From Vibrio alginolyticus NBRC 15630 = ATCC 17749 (GTDB taxonomy: Bacteria; Pseudomonadota; Gammaproteobacteria; Enterobacterales; Vibrionaceae): a stretch of DNA of 32,000 nt. Below, piece by piece: positions 1 through 9,370 of the stretch. A model generated the notes under the pieces. It had not been told where the DNA came from. It saw only the letters and a program-made list of their open reading frames with translations, and ran no database searches. Position numbers and translations under genes: made by a program. Every line of letters starts with the position of its first letter. Positions within the stretch are counted from its first letter, which is position 1. The stretch covers positions 1,170,001 through 1,202,000 of the forward strand of contig NC_022359.1 in the NCBI RefSeq assembly GCF_000354175.2. Reading direction: 5' to 3'.

Positions 1-281
1 CTGCCGTAAAGTAATATTTGAGTGTGTTTTACATAATAAAAGAAGCGGTCCATTTCTTCCGTCGTTACTTGGTGTTCACGTTGATAACGCTGTTTTGCTT
101 CCCTTTCGGAGATCGTCCCTTTATTTAAATCTTTCCAGATTTGTGATGAAAATAGCATCTGAGCCATTTTCTCTGATTCTACGGAACCACCAAATGTTAA
201 GCGAACGATTTCTACTGGAGACCAGCGTACCAACACATTACCTACATCAAAAATGACATTTTTTATCTGGACAGAATTCAT
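1..281 (-). CDS. HAD-superfamily hydrolase (subfamily IA-like), N-terminal part only; the gene runs off the left edge
   Basis: My own reverse-strand translation from ATG at 281-279 gives MNSVQIKNVIFDVGNVLVRWSPVEIVRLTFGG... The FDxGxVLV start matches HAD motif I as in YihX-type phosphatases. The frame stays open to position 1. The supplied track omits it because it is edge-truncated. Confidence 0.55.
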   Translation of the reverse strand, partial: MNSVQIKNVIFDVGNVLVRWSPVEIVRLTFGGSVESEKMAQMLFSSQIWKDLNKGTISEREAKQRYQREHQVTTEEMDRFFYYVKHTQILLYG

Positions 282-644
282 AACACACCCCAAGCCAATT
301 GTTCTTCACCACGCTATATGCGGTGAGTGCTGTTTTTGAATCGTTGGAAAGTCGTGCCAAAGGCGCGACTTAAGTTTCTTACACAAAATGAGATTAACAT
401 CCAATTGGATACAGAGCGATTATCGCAAAATTGCACTAAACTATATGCAACTTTGTTTATTTGGTTGTAAATCAAGTGTAGCTGTCTTAAAAGATTGAAA
501 CTAAAGATAAGTATTGCGAGCTGTTTACGTCATTTCGCGCTGCTTATAAATGATGATTAATATATAATTAGTTAATAATAAAACGATAAAAGTGAATCAA
601 AATCACACTATTGTGCGTCAGGCGGAGTAAGCAAAACAGATTAT

Positions 645-2690
645 ATGGACTCGATACGTAAGGTTTATCAATATGCAGAACCAAACCTAACTCTCGTTGG
701 CTGGATGGGGTTTCTTGGCTTTCCGCTGTACTACTTTGTCTGGGAGTTTGCCTTTCCACAGGCTTATGAAAATTTACCTCTTAGATTGTTTTGCTCGTTA
801 TTGTTTTTCGGCATCATTTTTAGAAACCGCTTATCATCGACTTGGAGAGATTATGTTCCTATTTACTACCAAGTGACGATAACGCTGTGCTTACCGTTTT
901 TCTTTTTTTATATGTTACTGATGAATGACTGGTCCAATGTATGGGTTATGTCGTTTATGTCTGCAATTTTCTTACACATTTTACTGGTTCATGTTACTAG
1001 GGTCATGTTTGCTCAAACCTTTGCTGGGATAGGTTTAGCAACATTCTTCGCTTGGGTTGCAAAAGGGTTCCATCTTGACTTGACCATGGATTGGACTCAT
1101 GTGCCAATCTTTCTGTTTATTTATGTCTTCGGTAATTTGTTCTATTTTCGTAACCAAGTTGAACATGAAGCGAAAGTCTCGCTGGCAAAATCATTCGGGG
1201 CAGGGATCGCACATGAAATGCGTAACCCGTTGAGTGGGCTTTGCACTTCAATAGATGTTATCCAGTCGATCTTGCCCAACATGAAAGAGGCAGGAAAAGA
1301 GCAGTACGTCATGAGTGTAGAGGATGTCACCTTATTACGTGAAGTGAGTCAGGATGCAATGAACATTATCCAATCGGGTAATGAAACCATCGATTTATTG
1401 CTGACTTCGATTGATGAAAATCGAGTTTCTCGTTCTAGCTTCAAAAAATATTCAGTTCACTCGGTCGTTGAACAGGCAATTGAAAGCTTCAGTTATAAAC
1501 GTGCCACTGATCGATTTGCCATATCGCTGGATGCGAGAAGTGAGTTTGAGTTTCTAGGTAGTGATACATTACTTAAATACGTTATGTATAACCTCTTCAA
1601 GAATGCCTTCCATCACCGTAAATCTGAAGATTTTCACATACATGTATCCATGATAAGTTCAGAACGCTTTAATCAAATTGTTGTAACCGATAATGGTGCT
1701 GGCATTGCTCCTGATGTTCTACGCAATATCTTTCAAGACTTTTACACCACTGGCAAATCAGGAAGTTATGGTTTGGGTCTACCGTTTTGTAAAAAAGTCA
1801 TGCGTTCATTTGGGGGGAACATTGAGTGTCAATCTCAGTTAGGGGAGTGGTCTCAATTTACGTTAACTTTCCCACTAACGACATCTGATACCGTTACTGA
1901 AATCAAAAACGATCTGACTAAACTCAAAACCATTCTAACGGTGACTAGCCAAGATATCTTGGTGTCTAAAGTAACAGATATTAGCCGTTTTATGGGCTTT
2001 GACTCGACGATTTTAGATGCCAACCAAGTACTCAAAAAGAAAGAGTACGAGTTCGAATTCGATCTGATTTTTGTCGATCTTGAGAGCTTAGATCCAAGAG
2101 CAAACCAATTGGATAGATTAGAATCTCTCTTGTCTTTCACTGAAGCACGCATAGTTTATCTTTTTGAGCATCATCCGACTCAGAGAGCACGTAAGGCTGC
2201 ATATGAACCTATTTGGATCGAAACGCAAGCCTGGTTATTGAATACTAAACCAACTATTGAGCGTCTCTTATATGATTCAAGCTATGTATCGACACCAACG
2301 GCCTCGGTGACGTTAGATAATTCAAATAAGCGCACAATTATGGTCGTGGATGATAATGAATCTTTGCGTAAATTCACGGCAATGTTACTTGAAAAGCAAG
2401 GCTTTGAAGTGATTCAGAAAGAAGACGGGCAGCAGGCTCTGGATACACTAGAGCAAGAAGATGTTGATCTCATTCTGATGGATATCGAAATGCCAATTAT
2501 GGATGGTGTAGAAGCGTCTAGGCGAATTCGAAGCTCGGATAAAAACTATGCGTCGGTACCTATTATTGCACATACAGGGGATAGTTCACCTGTCACGTTG
2601 GACAAAATTGGGTCTTCGGGTATGTCTGACTTCATCGTAAAACCGGCGGATAAAAATCGTTTGTTCGATAAAATCGCAAACTGGATCTAA
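645..2690 (+). CDS. cqsS: CAI-1 autoinducer sensor kinase/phosphatase CqsS (membrane hybrid histidine kinase with C-terminal receiver)
   Basis: 681 aa. The N-terminal ~170 aa are polytopic and hydrophobic. H-box FGAGIAHEMRNPLSG (His190). HATPase boxes NLFKNAF, DNGAGI and GLGLPF. C-terminal receiver MVVDDNE...LILMDIEMPIMDG...VKP. The N-terminus MDSIRKVYQYAEPNL and the TM blocks match my memory of Vibrio CqsS. It lies tail-to-tail with cqsA. Confidence 0.88.
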   Translation: MDSIRKVYQYAEPNLTLVGWMGFLGFPLYYFVWEFAFPQAYENLPLRLFCSLLFFGIIFRNRLSSTWRDYVPIYYQVTITLCLPFFFFYMLLMNDWSNVWVMSFMSAIFLHILLVHVTRVMFAQTFAGIGLATFFAWVAKGFHLDLTMDWTHVPIFLFIYVFGNLFYFRNQVEHEAKVSLAKSFGAGIAHEMRNPLSGLCTSIDVIQSILPNMKEAGKEQYVMSVEDVTLLREVSQDAMNIIQSGNETIDLLLTSIDENRVSRSSFKKYSVHSVVEQAIESFSYKRATDRFAISLDARSEFEFLGSDTLLKYVMYNLFKNAFHHRKSEDFHIHVSMISSERFNQIVVTDNGAGIAPDVLRNIFQDFYTTGKSGSYGLGLPFCKKVMRSFGGNIECQSQLGEWSQFTLTFPLTTSDTVTEIKNDLTKLKTILTVTSQDILVSKVTDISRFMGFDSTILDANQVLKKKEYEFEFDLIFVDLESLDPRANQLDRLESLLSFTEARIVYLFEHHPTQRARKAAYEPIWIETQAWLLNTKPTIERLLYDSSYVSTPTASVTLDNSNKRTIMVVDDNESLRKFTAMLLEKQGFEVIQKEDGQQALDTLEQEDVDLILMDIEMPIMDGVEASRRIRSSDKNYASVPIIAHTGDSSPVTLDKIGSSGMSDFIVKPADKNRLFDKIANWI

Positions 2691-2743
2691 TCATTCGCGA
2701 CTTGTTTTCTTGAGGCGAGTTGCTCACAACGAATAATACGAAT

Positions 2744-2779
2744 AAAGAGCTCAGCAAAACTGTTGAGCTCTTTAGTTTT
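2744..2779. terminator. Shared (bidirectional) hairpin terminator between convergent cqsS and cqsA
   Basis: AAAGAGCTCAGC-AAAACT-GTTGAGCTCTTT forms a 12-bp stem with one G-T wobble (2744-2773). AGTTTTA follows on the + strand and A/T-rich sequence flanks it on the other side. It sits in the 103-bp gap between two stop codons. Confidence 0.7.
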
Positions 2780-2793
2780 ATCTACACACTAAC

Positions 2794-3975
2794 TTACACA
2801 AACTCTAAGTCAGGGTGTGCAAATGCTTGTTGGCAGACAGTGAGTACATGATCAACTTCAGCAGCTGTCATGTCTGCATTGACTGAAAAACGGATGATGT
2901 TTTTGTTCCTTCCAGTTGCAGGGCGGCAAAACACTGCGCCGTAAACATTTCGCTCTTCGAGAAAGTCGCGGACTCGCTCAGTGTTTCTCTCGTTACCACA
3001 TTCTAATGCGATAATTTGTGATTCACTGCGAATAGTAAATCCAATGCGTTTTAAACCAACGGCTAAAGACTTGGCTCTTTCAAACAGAATATCTCGCTTA
3101 TCATCTGATTTTCTTATGACGTCCAGTGTTTTCTCTAGCCGAATGATCTCTTGCGGTAATACGGTAGAACTAAATATTGCAGGGTACGCCACAAATGGAA
3201 GCGTCTTCGCCAGTTTTTCTGGGCCTAAAATCGCGCCAGCACGATAAGCAAATGTCTTGGCAAGACTAACGGTAATAAAATCTACCTTATGAGTTAAGCC
3301 AAGACCCTGCAGTATCCCCGCACCTTGTGGACCGTGTGTACCTAAAGAGTGTGATTCATCTACAACCAGGCCGCAGTCAAACTCCTGTGCTATTTCGTAG
3401 ATATCACGTAGAGGAGCGATGGTCCCGATAGTGCTGTAAACCGAATCCACAACAATGATCCCTGAACCGTGACGTGAAATCTGTTTTCTTAGGTGACTGG
3501 TGTTGTTATGCATGAACGGATGAATTTGTGCTCCGGCAATACGTGCGCCTTCCCACAAAGACATATGTGCAAAGAAATCAATGTACACAGGTATGTTCGG
3601 TGCACAAATAGTCTGCAATAAACCGACATTCGCAGCCCAACCAGATTGAGAAAGTAGACAACTAGGCATACCAACGAAACTGGCTAGTTGCGTTTCAAAT
3701 ACAGGTTTCGATTCATCGTCTTGTAAGAAAATCGCGGACATCACGACGTTGTCATCGTGCTGGGAAATCGCATCACGATGCGCGTTTTGAATCTCCTTAT
3801 TATGAGACAGTGCAAGGTAATCATTGCTTTGCAGGACAACGGCATTACACGGTGGGCGTTTACCAAGAACAAGGTGTTTTTTGTTCTCATTCGGTTCGAT
3901 TAGATCTTGAATATAAAAATCTAGGCGTTCCTCGATAAAGGAGGGAAGTGGTTTGCTTTGTATAGTTTCACTCAT
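2794..3975 (-). CDS. cqsA: CAI-1 autoinducer synthase CqsA (PLP-dependent alpha-oxoamine-synthase family acyl-CoA transferase)
   Basis: Blocks SQSGWAANVGLLQTIC, YIDFFAHMSLWEGAR, VVDESHSLGTHGPQGAG, the PLP-lysine motif SLAKTFAYRAGAI, IRSESQII and FCRPATGRNKNIIR match remembered V. cholerae CqsA. I place the start at ATG 3975 (MSETIQSKPLP...), 14 codons inside the track ORF 2794..4017, with purine-rich AAGAAGAGA upstream. Confidence 0.88.
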   Translation of the reverse strand: MSETIQSKPLPSFIEERLDFYIQDLIEPNENKKHLVLGKRPPCNAVVLQSNDYLALSHNKEIQNAHRDAISQHDDNVVMSAIFLQDDESKPVFETQLASFVGMPSCLLSQSGWAANVGLLQTICAPNIPVYIDFFAHMSLWEGARIAGAQIHPFMHNNTSHLRKQISRHGSGIIVVDSVYSTIGTIAPLRDIYEIAQEFDCGLVVDESHSLGTHGPQGAGILQGLGLTHKVDFITVSLAKTFAYRAGAILGPEKLAKTLPFVAYPAIFSSTVLPQEIIRLEKTLDVIRKSDDKRDILFERAKSLAVGLKRIGFTIRSESQIIALECGNERNTERVRDFLEERNVYGAVFCRPATGRNKNIIRFSVNADMTAAEVDHVLTVCQQAFAHPDLEFV

Positions 3976-4259
3976 AATAAATCTCTTCTTCATATGGAAA
4001 AACGCCAGCGCTGACACTTATTCATATTGCGGATTTTGGGGAGAGTGTCACTAACCAGGTTGCATAAGTTTGCAGACCCTTGCAAACTCGACATTTGAGG
4101 GTTGGATGGTGGCTGTAACTCTATAGGGGCCCGGGGTCTAAACTAGTTTGTGCTTAAAGTTTATACGGCGATTTTGCGGTGTTTTTTCGTGCTTCATATC
4201 TGGGATTTTGGATGAGGAATATAAAGTTTGAAAAGTGAAAAAAATGGGCGCATTAGATA

Positions 4260-4286
4260 ACAAAAAAGGCGCGAAAATCGCGCCTT
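4260..4286 (-). terminator. Rho-independent terminator of ylqF
   Basis: On the minus strand the sequence reads AAGGCGCGA-TTT-TCGCGCCTT followed by TTTTG. The 9-bp GC-rich stem spans 4266-4286, 27 nt after the stop codon. Confidence 0.75.
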
Positions 4287-4312
4287 GAAACATGAGTAGA
4301 TAAGAGACAAGC

Positions 4313-5257
4313 TTATCGCTTATTACGTAAATAGCGCTTACGACGCTCTTCTTTACGCTTCGCTTTTTCTTCTTCTTTACGGGCGGTCTCAATCTCGACT
4401 TCAATCAGCTCTTGAGTGATCATTTCTGGGCGTTCTAATGTAATTTGGCCCAAAGTGCCTTGACGAAGTTCGTGCAATAAGATCTCTGATACTTTGTGCA
4501 AGTCAACACGTCCACCTGCACGTAGTGCACCGCGGCGACGACCAATTTCTTCCATGATCTCGATATCTGATTCTGGAAGCTCTTCAATTTGATAACGCTC
4601 TTTAAGCTTGTCTGCATAATGAGCTGCTAGGTATTCAATGGTATAGAATGCGACTTCGTCATATTCCATCGCTGTATCTTTTACCGCGCCGGTAGCCGCA
4701 AGGCGGAAGCCACTGTGTGGATTTTCCACTTTTGGCCATAAAATTCCTGGAGTATCAGATAATACGATGCCATTTTGCAGGTTGATACGTTGTTGACGAC
4801 GTGTAACCGCGGGTTGGTTACCTGTTACAGCGATTGTTCGACCTGCGAGGGTGTTAATGATCGTCGATTTTCCAACGTTTGGGATGCCCATGATCATGGT
4901 GCGAATGTTTTTACCAATTTCTTCTCGGTGTGGGGCAAGTTTGCGGCAAAGCTCCATGATTCGATGCACTTCTTGTGGTTCAGAAGTCGTGATCGCCATT
5001 GCTTTTACATGTTGCTCTTGCTCCAAGTGCTCAATCCACAGTTGAGTTAATTCTGGATCGGCCAAATCACGTTTGTTCAAAACTTTAACGACAGGTTTGT
5101 CGCCACGGATTTGAGAAATCAAAGGGTTTTCACTACTGAAAGGAATACGAGCATCCAGTACTTCGATGATCACATCCACTTGAGGGATTGCTTCTTCGAT
5201 CTCTTTACGTGCTTTGTGCATGTGGCCAGGAAACCACTGGATTGAGTTATTAACCAT
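4313..5257 (-). CDS. ylqF: Ribosome biogenesis GTPase YlqF/RbgA (circularly permuted GTPase)
   Basis: 314 aa with the N-terminal WFPGHMHKARKE signature. The G-motif order is permuted: G4 NKRDL, then G1 GIPNVGKST, then G3 DTPG. The C-tail is basic (Lys/Arg/Glu-rich). Confidence 0.88.
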   Translation of the reverse strand: MVNNSIQWFPGHMHKARKEIEEAIPQVDVIIEVLDARIPFSSENPLISQIRGDKPVVKVLNKRDLADPELTQLWIEHLEQEQHVKAMAITTSEPQEVHRIMELCRKLAPHREEIGKNIRTMIMGIPNVGKSTIINTLAGRTIAVTGNQPAVTRRQQRINLQNGIVLSDTPGILWPKVENPHSGFRLAATGAVKDTAMEYDEVAFYTIEYLAAHYADKLKERYQIEELPESDIEIMEEIGRRRGALRAGGRVDLHKVSEILLHELRQGTLGQITLERPEMITQELIEVEIETARKEEEKAKRKEERRKRYLRNKR

Positions 5258-5704
5258 TTGAATTTAATACCTTAATTTTTCTAATGCTCCAGCGGTTGTA
5301 AAAGTAGCAATGTGAGTCTTGAGTAATACAATACTAGAACGCATTTTCTAAAACTGTGTTTACTTCAAGCTGCTCGAAACCGCGGAGTTGAGCTTTCTTT
5401 CATGTTAATACGCCAGTTTATCATGGAATGATGATGAATCATTCAAGATGAAAGTAAAAAGCTATGGCGTGCAAACCTAAAAGCACACATCCCTTATGTA
5501 TACCGACTCGCAGTGAATATCCGTCTGGGTGAGAGACCGAACGCAAACGCTGTGTAGTCAAAGGTGGATTGTGTTGTCAGATTGTTCTGACGAATTTTGG
5601 TTTTTTACTTTTATATCAGAGTGTTATTTTTATTTCACTATTGAGCTAAGTTTGACTTTTATCTGACAAAAACTAGTCTGAGCTTCCATTCAGAGGAAGC
5701 AGTC

Positions 5705-8700
5705 ATGCTCAGTATTCTTAGAAGTATTACGGTATCGTCCGTCGCCTTAATTTTTTTAGCGAGTTCTTTTTGCTCAACTGCCAAACAGAGTCCTAAACCG
5801 AAGGTCATCGTTGGTGTTATTGCGCAAGACGAAGCTAAAGACTCGTTTGACGGTAGCGTTGGTCCTTCGTACGGAATTAGTCTTGAGTATTTGTCTAACA
5901 TTACTAAAGCTTTGGATTATGAGTTAGAACTTCGGACTTACAAGCATATTCCGTCTTTACTTGCGGATGTCGAAAGCAAGAAGATTGATGGTGCGGTTGG
6001 ATTTAGTAAAACAGCAGCAAGAGAAAAGCGTTTCTTGTTTTCGATGCCTTTCTTTTCGAGCACTATCGCTGTTTGGTATCGGAATGCCACTTACCGAGAT
6101 AGTGATGCGCGTGATCTTAAATGGGTGTGTGTTGAGGGCAGTGTGTATTGTGACAACCTCACTGAACGTGGTATCGATAAGATACATTATGTTAAAACAC
6201 GTTTAGAGGCGTTTAATGAAGTTAAGCGAGGTAAAGCGAACGCGCTGATTTACACTTATGTTGGTATTACCCAATATTTGGATTTGAATGACATTGTAAA
6301 AGGGGTTGTCGATATTCCCAGTTGGTTGAAAAACGAAGAGGTGAGTTTTATCGCTTCGTTGGACAAACAGAGTCTGATCGATGACATCAACAAAATCCTT
6401 CAGTGGGAGCAAAATGGAAAAAACATTCGCTCCGTCGCCTCGAAAAATCCTTACCATATCAGTGATAAGTTATTGGTAGATTACCGACGTAATCATCAAA
6501 ACAAACTAGTGATAACTTACAGCAGCAGTGACGAAGCTTATCCGTTTCTCTACCGAGATTCGCAAACGGGCGAGTTAGATGGCTTCTTTCCAGATTTTGT
6601 CGACTTATTGCAGTCTCGTACTGGCTTGAGCTTTAAGTATGTGAAGCCGACGTCGAGCCTTTCAAATGGATTAACGGCATTTGATGCCGATATAGTCCCC
6701 ATCTCTTATGTGGGTGAGCTACCTAAGTCAGATTGGTTGTTCACTAAACCATTCATGCACAGTAATTACGTGGCTATCCAAGCGGAGCAGAGCAAGCGCG
6801 ATAAATCTGCACTGAAAGAAGCGGGTATTCTGCTCACTTTGAAAAAGCAAGGGTTAGTTCATTTGGGCACTTGGCAGCAAGGCCAAGTTGATCATTATGA
6901 TGATTTGAAAAAGCTGCTTACCGATTTGAAATCGGGCGTTTTGGATGTGGCTTACATTCCTGACGACATCGTTCACAACATGATTGCACAAGATCAAGTC
7001 GATGGCTTGGTGATCAATGCGGAGGACGTTTTGACGTTCTCTAATGCATTTGCGGTTGCAAACCACAATACACAACTTCAACACATGTTGAACAGCATCA
7101 TCGAAACCATTGATTCTAACGAGATCGAAAAACTGCTGCGTTCTCACCGAAGCTTCAAACTGACTTATGGCTATGACGCGGAGCAGATCGCTACATTTGT
7201 TGTTGCTGGTTCATTCATATTCTGTCTCATGTTAATTGCGGCGTATTTCATCTTATCTCACATGCGACTTAAAGTGAGGTTAGCCGAATTTAATGCTGAC
7301 AATGAGGAAGCGGAAAAGCAATGGCTGATGGACATCATCAAAGAGATCAATAGCTTGGTTTTTATCCATAGTGAAAATAACCATATGGAGATGAGCAATT
7401 GTGCCAACTACAACAGTAAACAGTGCCAACAATGTAAGTTGAAAAGTGATTCTGCGCACGCTCCTCTGGTGAATAATTTTGATGAACTGACCACTGTTAT
7501 CGCTGGAAAGCGTATTTCAGAAGAGGTTGCCTCGTCGGGCTGTGAACTTGATATTAAACATGTATATCGAGAACGCAAAGTCATCGCTTCTCCTAGCGGT
7601 AAGAACAAGTTTGTACTGACTGTTATTCAAGATATTACCCAGCAAAAAGAACGTGAGCAGGCGTTAATCGATGCGCAAAAAGAAGCGCAAACCGCGGTAC
7701 GTGCGCGCGAAAACTTTTTGGCAACCATGAGTCACGAATTAAGAACGCCATTGTCGGCAGCACACGGCATCCTCGATTTGCTAAATCGCCAAGTGACGAC
7801 AGATTCAAATCGCGAGTTAATTGCCCAAGCCATACGCTCGCTCAATCATTTGAATACGCTAGTAGACGAAGTACTGGATTATTCAAAATTAGAGGCAGGG
7901 CACTTAACCGTCGCCCCAGTTAAGACCGACTTGCTTAAAACCTTGTGCGATGTGTTTCGAAGCTTTGAACCACGAGCGCTTGCGAAAGGTTTGGATTACA
8001 AAGTGACAATCAAACCATTTTCGAATGCTTTCATTGAAATCGACGCGCTGCGATTGGTGCAAATTACCACCAATCTACTCTCCAATGCGATGAAATTCAC
8101 TGCCGAAGGAGAAGTTGGAATCAGTGTCATTCTTCATGAAAAGCAGCTTATTTTGAAAGTGGCGGATTCAGGTATCGGCATGACGGATGACCAACTCGAA
8201 GGCATTCTCAATCCTTTTGTTCAAGCGGATGACACTATTACGCGTAAATATGGCGGTACTGGATTGGGGCTAAGCATTGTTGACCGATTGATCGACTGCA
8301 TGGGCGGCGTGCTCTGCATCGATTCACAATTTGGCTTGGGCACGACGATTACTGTCAGACTGCCAATTGAGCATTGCGACTCTGAGCCAGACGTTTGTTT
8401 GAACTGGACGTATAGCGAGAGCTTACCACTTAATATTCGCCAGTGGTGTGACGCGTGGAAAATGCGTCCAGCGACGTTAAAAACAATGGTGGCGAACCTT
8501 CACCCTATACACGACAGCGATGCCAGTTTTAATGGCCTAATGCTGCGTGACGAACAAAGGGTACTTGGCAGTCTTACGCTAAGAGAGATTCAATATCCAG
8601 ATACATTGTTCAATTTGCTCAGCCAAACGCAGCAAGAAACCAAGCTTAGTGACGTAAATCAAGAAGTGGTTTCTTGGGTTCTCGGCACGGTACTGGTCGC

Positions 8701-9370
8701 AGAAGATAATCCCATTAACCAAAGTGTGATAGCAATGCAGCTTCATGAACTTGGAATCGAACCTGTCATTGTGAATAACGGCCGCGAAGCATGGGAATAC
8801 ATCAACCAAGATGAAAACGTTGTGTTGCTGCTGACCGATTTTCATATGCCAGAAATGGATGGCTATGAGCTTGTTAGGCACGTGAAAAACTCCGAATTTA
8901 AAGCAATTCCAATCATCGGTGTGACAGCAGAAGATGCTCGTCTTGCCATTGAACGTACACAGGATATCGGCATTGATGATGTGCTCTACAAGCCCTATGA
9001 CCTTAATCAATTAAAAACCGTTTTGATTCCATTTATTGGCGAAAAAGAGAGGGGTAGGCTGCCCGGCTGGATTAAACGGTTCAAAGCACAGGACGCAAAA
9101 GAGATTGCGCGCGTGTTTAGTCAATCAATGTCTACAGATATAAAAAACTTAAACGCCGCATCGACTGAGCGAGACAAAAAACGGGTCATTCATGGCATCA
9201 AAGGAGCGGTTGGGGCGATAGGGGTAAGCATGCTGACTGAGCTTTGCATTGAGGCAGAACGAGTTACTGCTGCGGAGTTTGACAGGCGAACAGCGGAGCT
9301 AATTTTACGAATCGAGCAGGAGATCGAAAACATAAACTATTGGGTAGAGACAAATGAATACACAATTTAA
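5705..9370 (+). CDS. BvgS/EvgS/RocS1-type hybrid sensor histidine kinase (2x periplasmic solute-binding VFT domains, TM, PAS, HisKA, HATPase, REC, HPt)
   Basis: 1221 aa, SD GAGGAAG 7 nt upstream. Signal peptide, then two ~230-aa SBP_bac_3-like modules, then a TM at aa ~495-518. The PAS-like segment ends VIQDITQQKEREQAL. H-box MSHELRTP (His677). N/G boxes NLLSNAMKF, DSGIGM and GTGLGLSIV. Receiver LVAEDNPINQ...LLLTDFHMPEMDG...YKP. C-terminal HPt HGIKGAVGAIG. Confidence 0.88.
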   Translation: MLSILRSITVSSVALIFLASSFCSTAKQSPKPKVIVGVIAQDEAKDSFDGSVGPSYGISLEYLSNITKALDYELELRTYKHIPSLLADVESKKIDGAVGFSKTAAREKRFLFSMPFFSSTIAVWYRNATYRDSDARDLKWVCVEGSVYCDNLTERGIDKIHYVKTRLEAFNEVKRGKANALIYTYVGITQYLDLNDIVKGVVDIPSWLKNEEVSFIASLDKQSLIDDINKILQWEQNGKNIRSVASKNPYHISDKLLVDYRRNHQNKLVITYSSSDEAYPFLYRDSQTGELDGFFPDFVDLLQSRTGLSFKYVKPTSSLSNGLTAFDADIVPISYVGELPKSDWLFTKPFMHSNYVAIQAEQSKRDKSALKEAGILLTLKKQGLVHLGTWQQGQVDHYDDLKKLLTDLKSGVLDVAYIPDDIVHNMIAQDQVDGLVINAEDVLTFSNAFAVANHNTQLQHMLNSIIETIDSNEIEKLLRSHRSFKLTYGYDAEQIATFVVAGSFIFCLMLIAAYFILSHMRLKVRLAEFNADNEEAEKQWLMDIIKEINSLVFIHSENNHMEMSNCANYNSKQCQQCKLKSDSAHAPLVNNFDELTTVIAGKRISEEVASSGCELDIKHVYRERKVIASPSGKNKFVLTVIQDITQQKEREQALIDAQKEAQTAVRARENFLATMSHELRTPLSAAHGILDLLNRQVTTDSNRELIAQAIRSLNHLNTLVDEVLDYSKLEAGHLTVAPVKTDLLKTLCDVFRSFEPRALAKGLDYKVTIKPFSNAFIEIDALRLVQITTNLLSNAMKFTAEGEVGISVILHEKQLILKVADSGIGMTDDQLEGILNPFVQADDTITRKYGGTGLGLSIVDRLIDCMGGVLCIDSQFGLGTTITVRLPIEHCDSEPDVCLNWTYSESLPLNIRQWCDAWKMRPATLKTMVANLHPIHDSDASFNGLMLRDEQRVLGSLTLREIQYPDTLFNLLSQTQQETKLSDVNQEVVSWVLGTVLVAEDNPINQSVIAMQLHELGIEPVIVNNGREAWEYINQDENVVLLLTDFHMPEMDGYELVRHVKNSEFKAIPIIGVTAEDARLAIERTQDIGIDDVLYKPYDLNQLKTVLIPFIGEKERGRLPGWIKRFKAQDAKEIARVFSQSMSTDIKNLNAASTERDKKRVIHGIKGAVGAIGVSMLTELCIEAERVTAAEFDRRTAELILRIEQEIENINYWVETNEYTI

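Noticed and set aside
349-370. Hairpin AGTCGTGCC-AAA-GGCGCGACT in the cqsS upstream region.
   Set aside because: It has no U-tract on either strand and no upstream gene to terminate, because the HAD gene is divergent. It may be structural or an operator, but nothing supports a specific call.
4138-4404. 88-aa minus-strand ORF with a KKKKKRS stretch.
   Set aside because: It runs through the ylqF terminator hairpin and overlaps the ylqF 3' end out of frame. Its low-complexity product comes from an A/T run, and it has no SD.
8579-9010. 143-aa minus-strand ORF inside the hybrid kinase gene. The same applies to other nested or antisense track ORFs, for example 1853..2152, 6854..7147, 10839..11183, 25369..25815, 27708..28094, 29043..29399 and 29403..29651.
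   Set aside because: These lie entirely within long ORFs that have clear domain content on the other strand or in another frame. They have no SD and no recognisable motifs. They are typical shadow ORFs.
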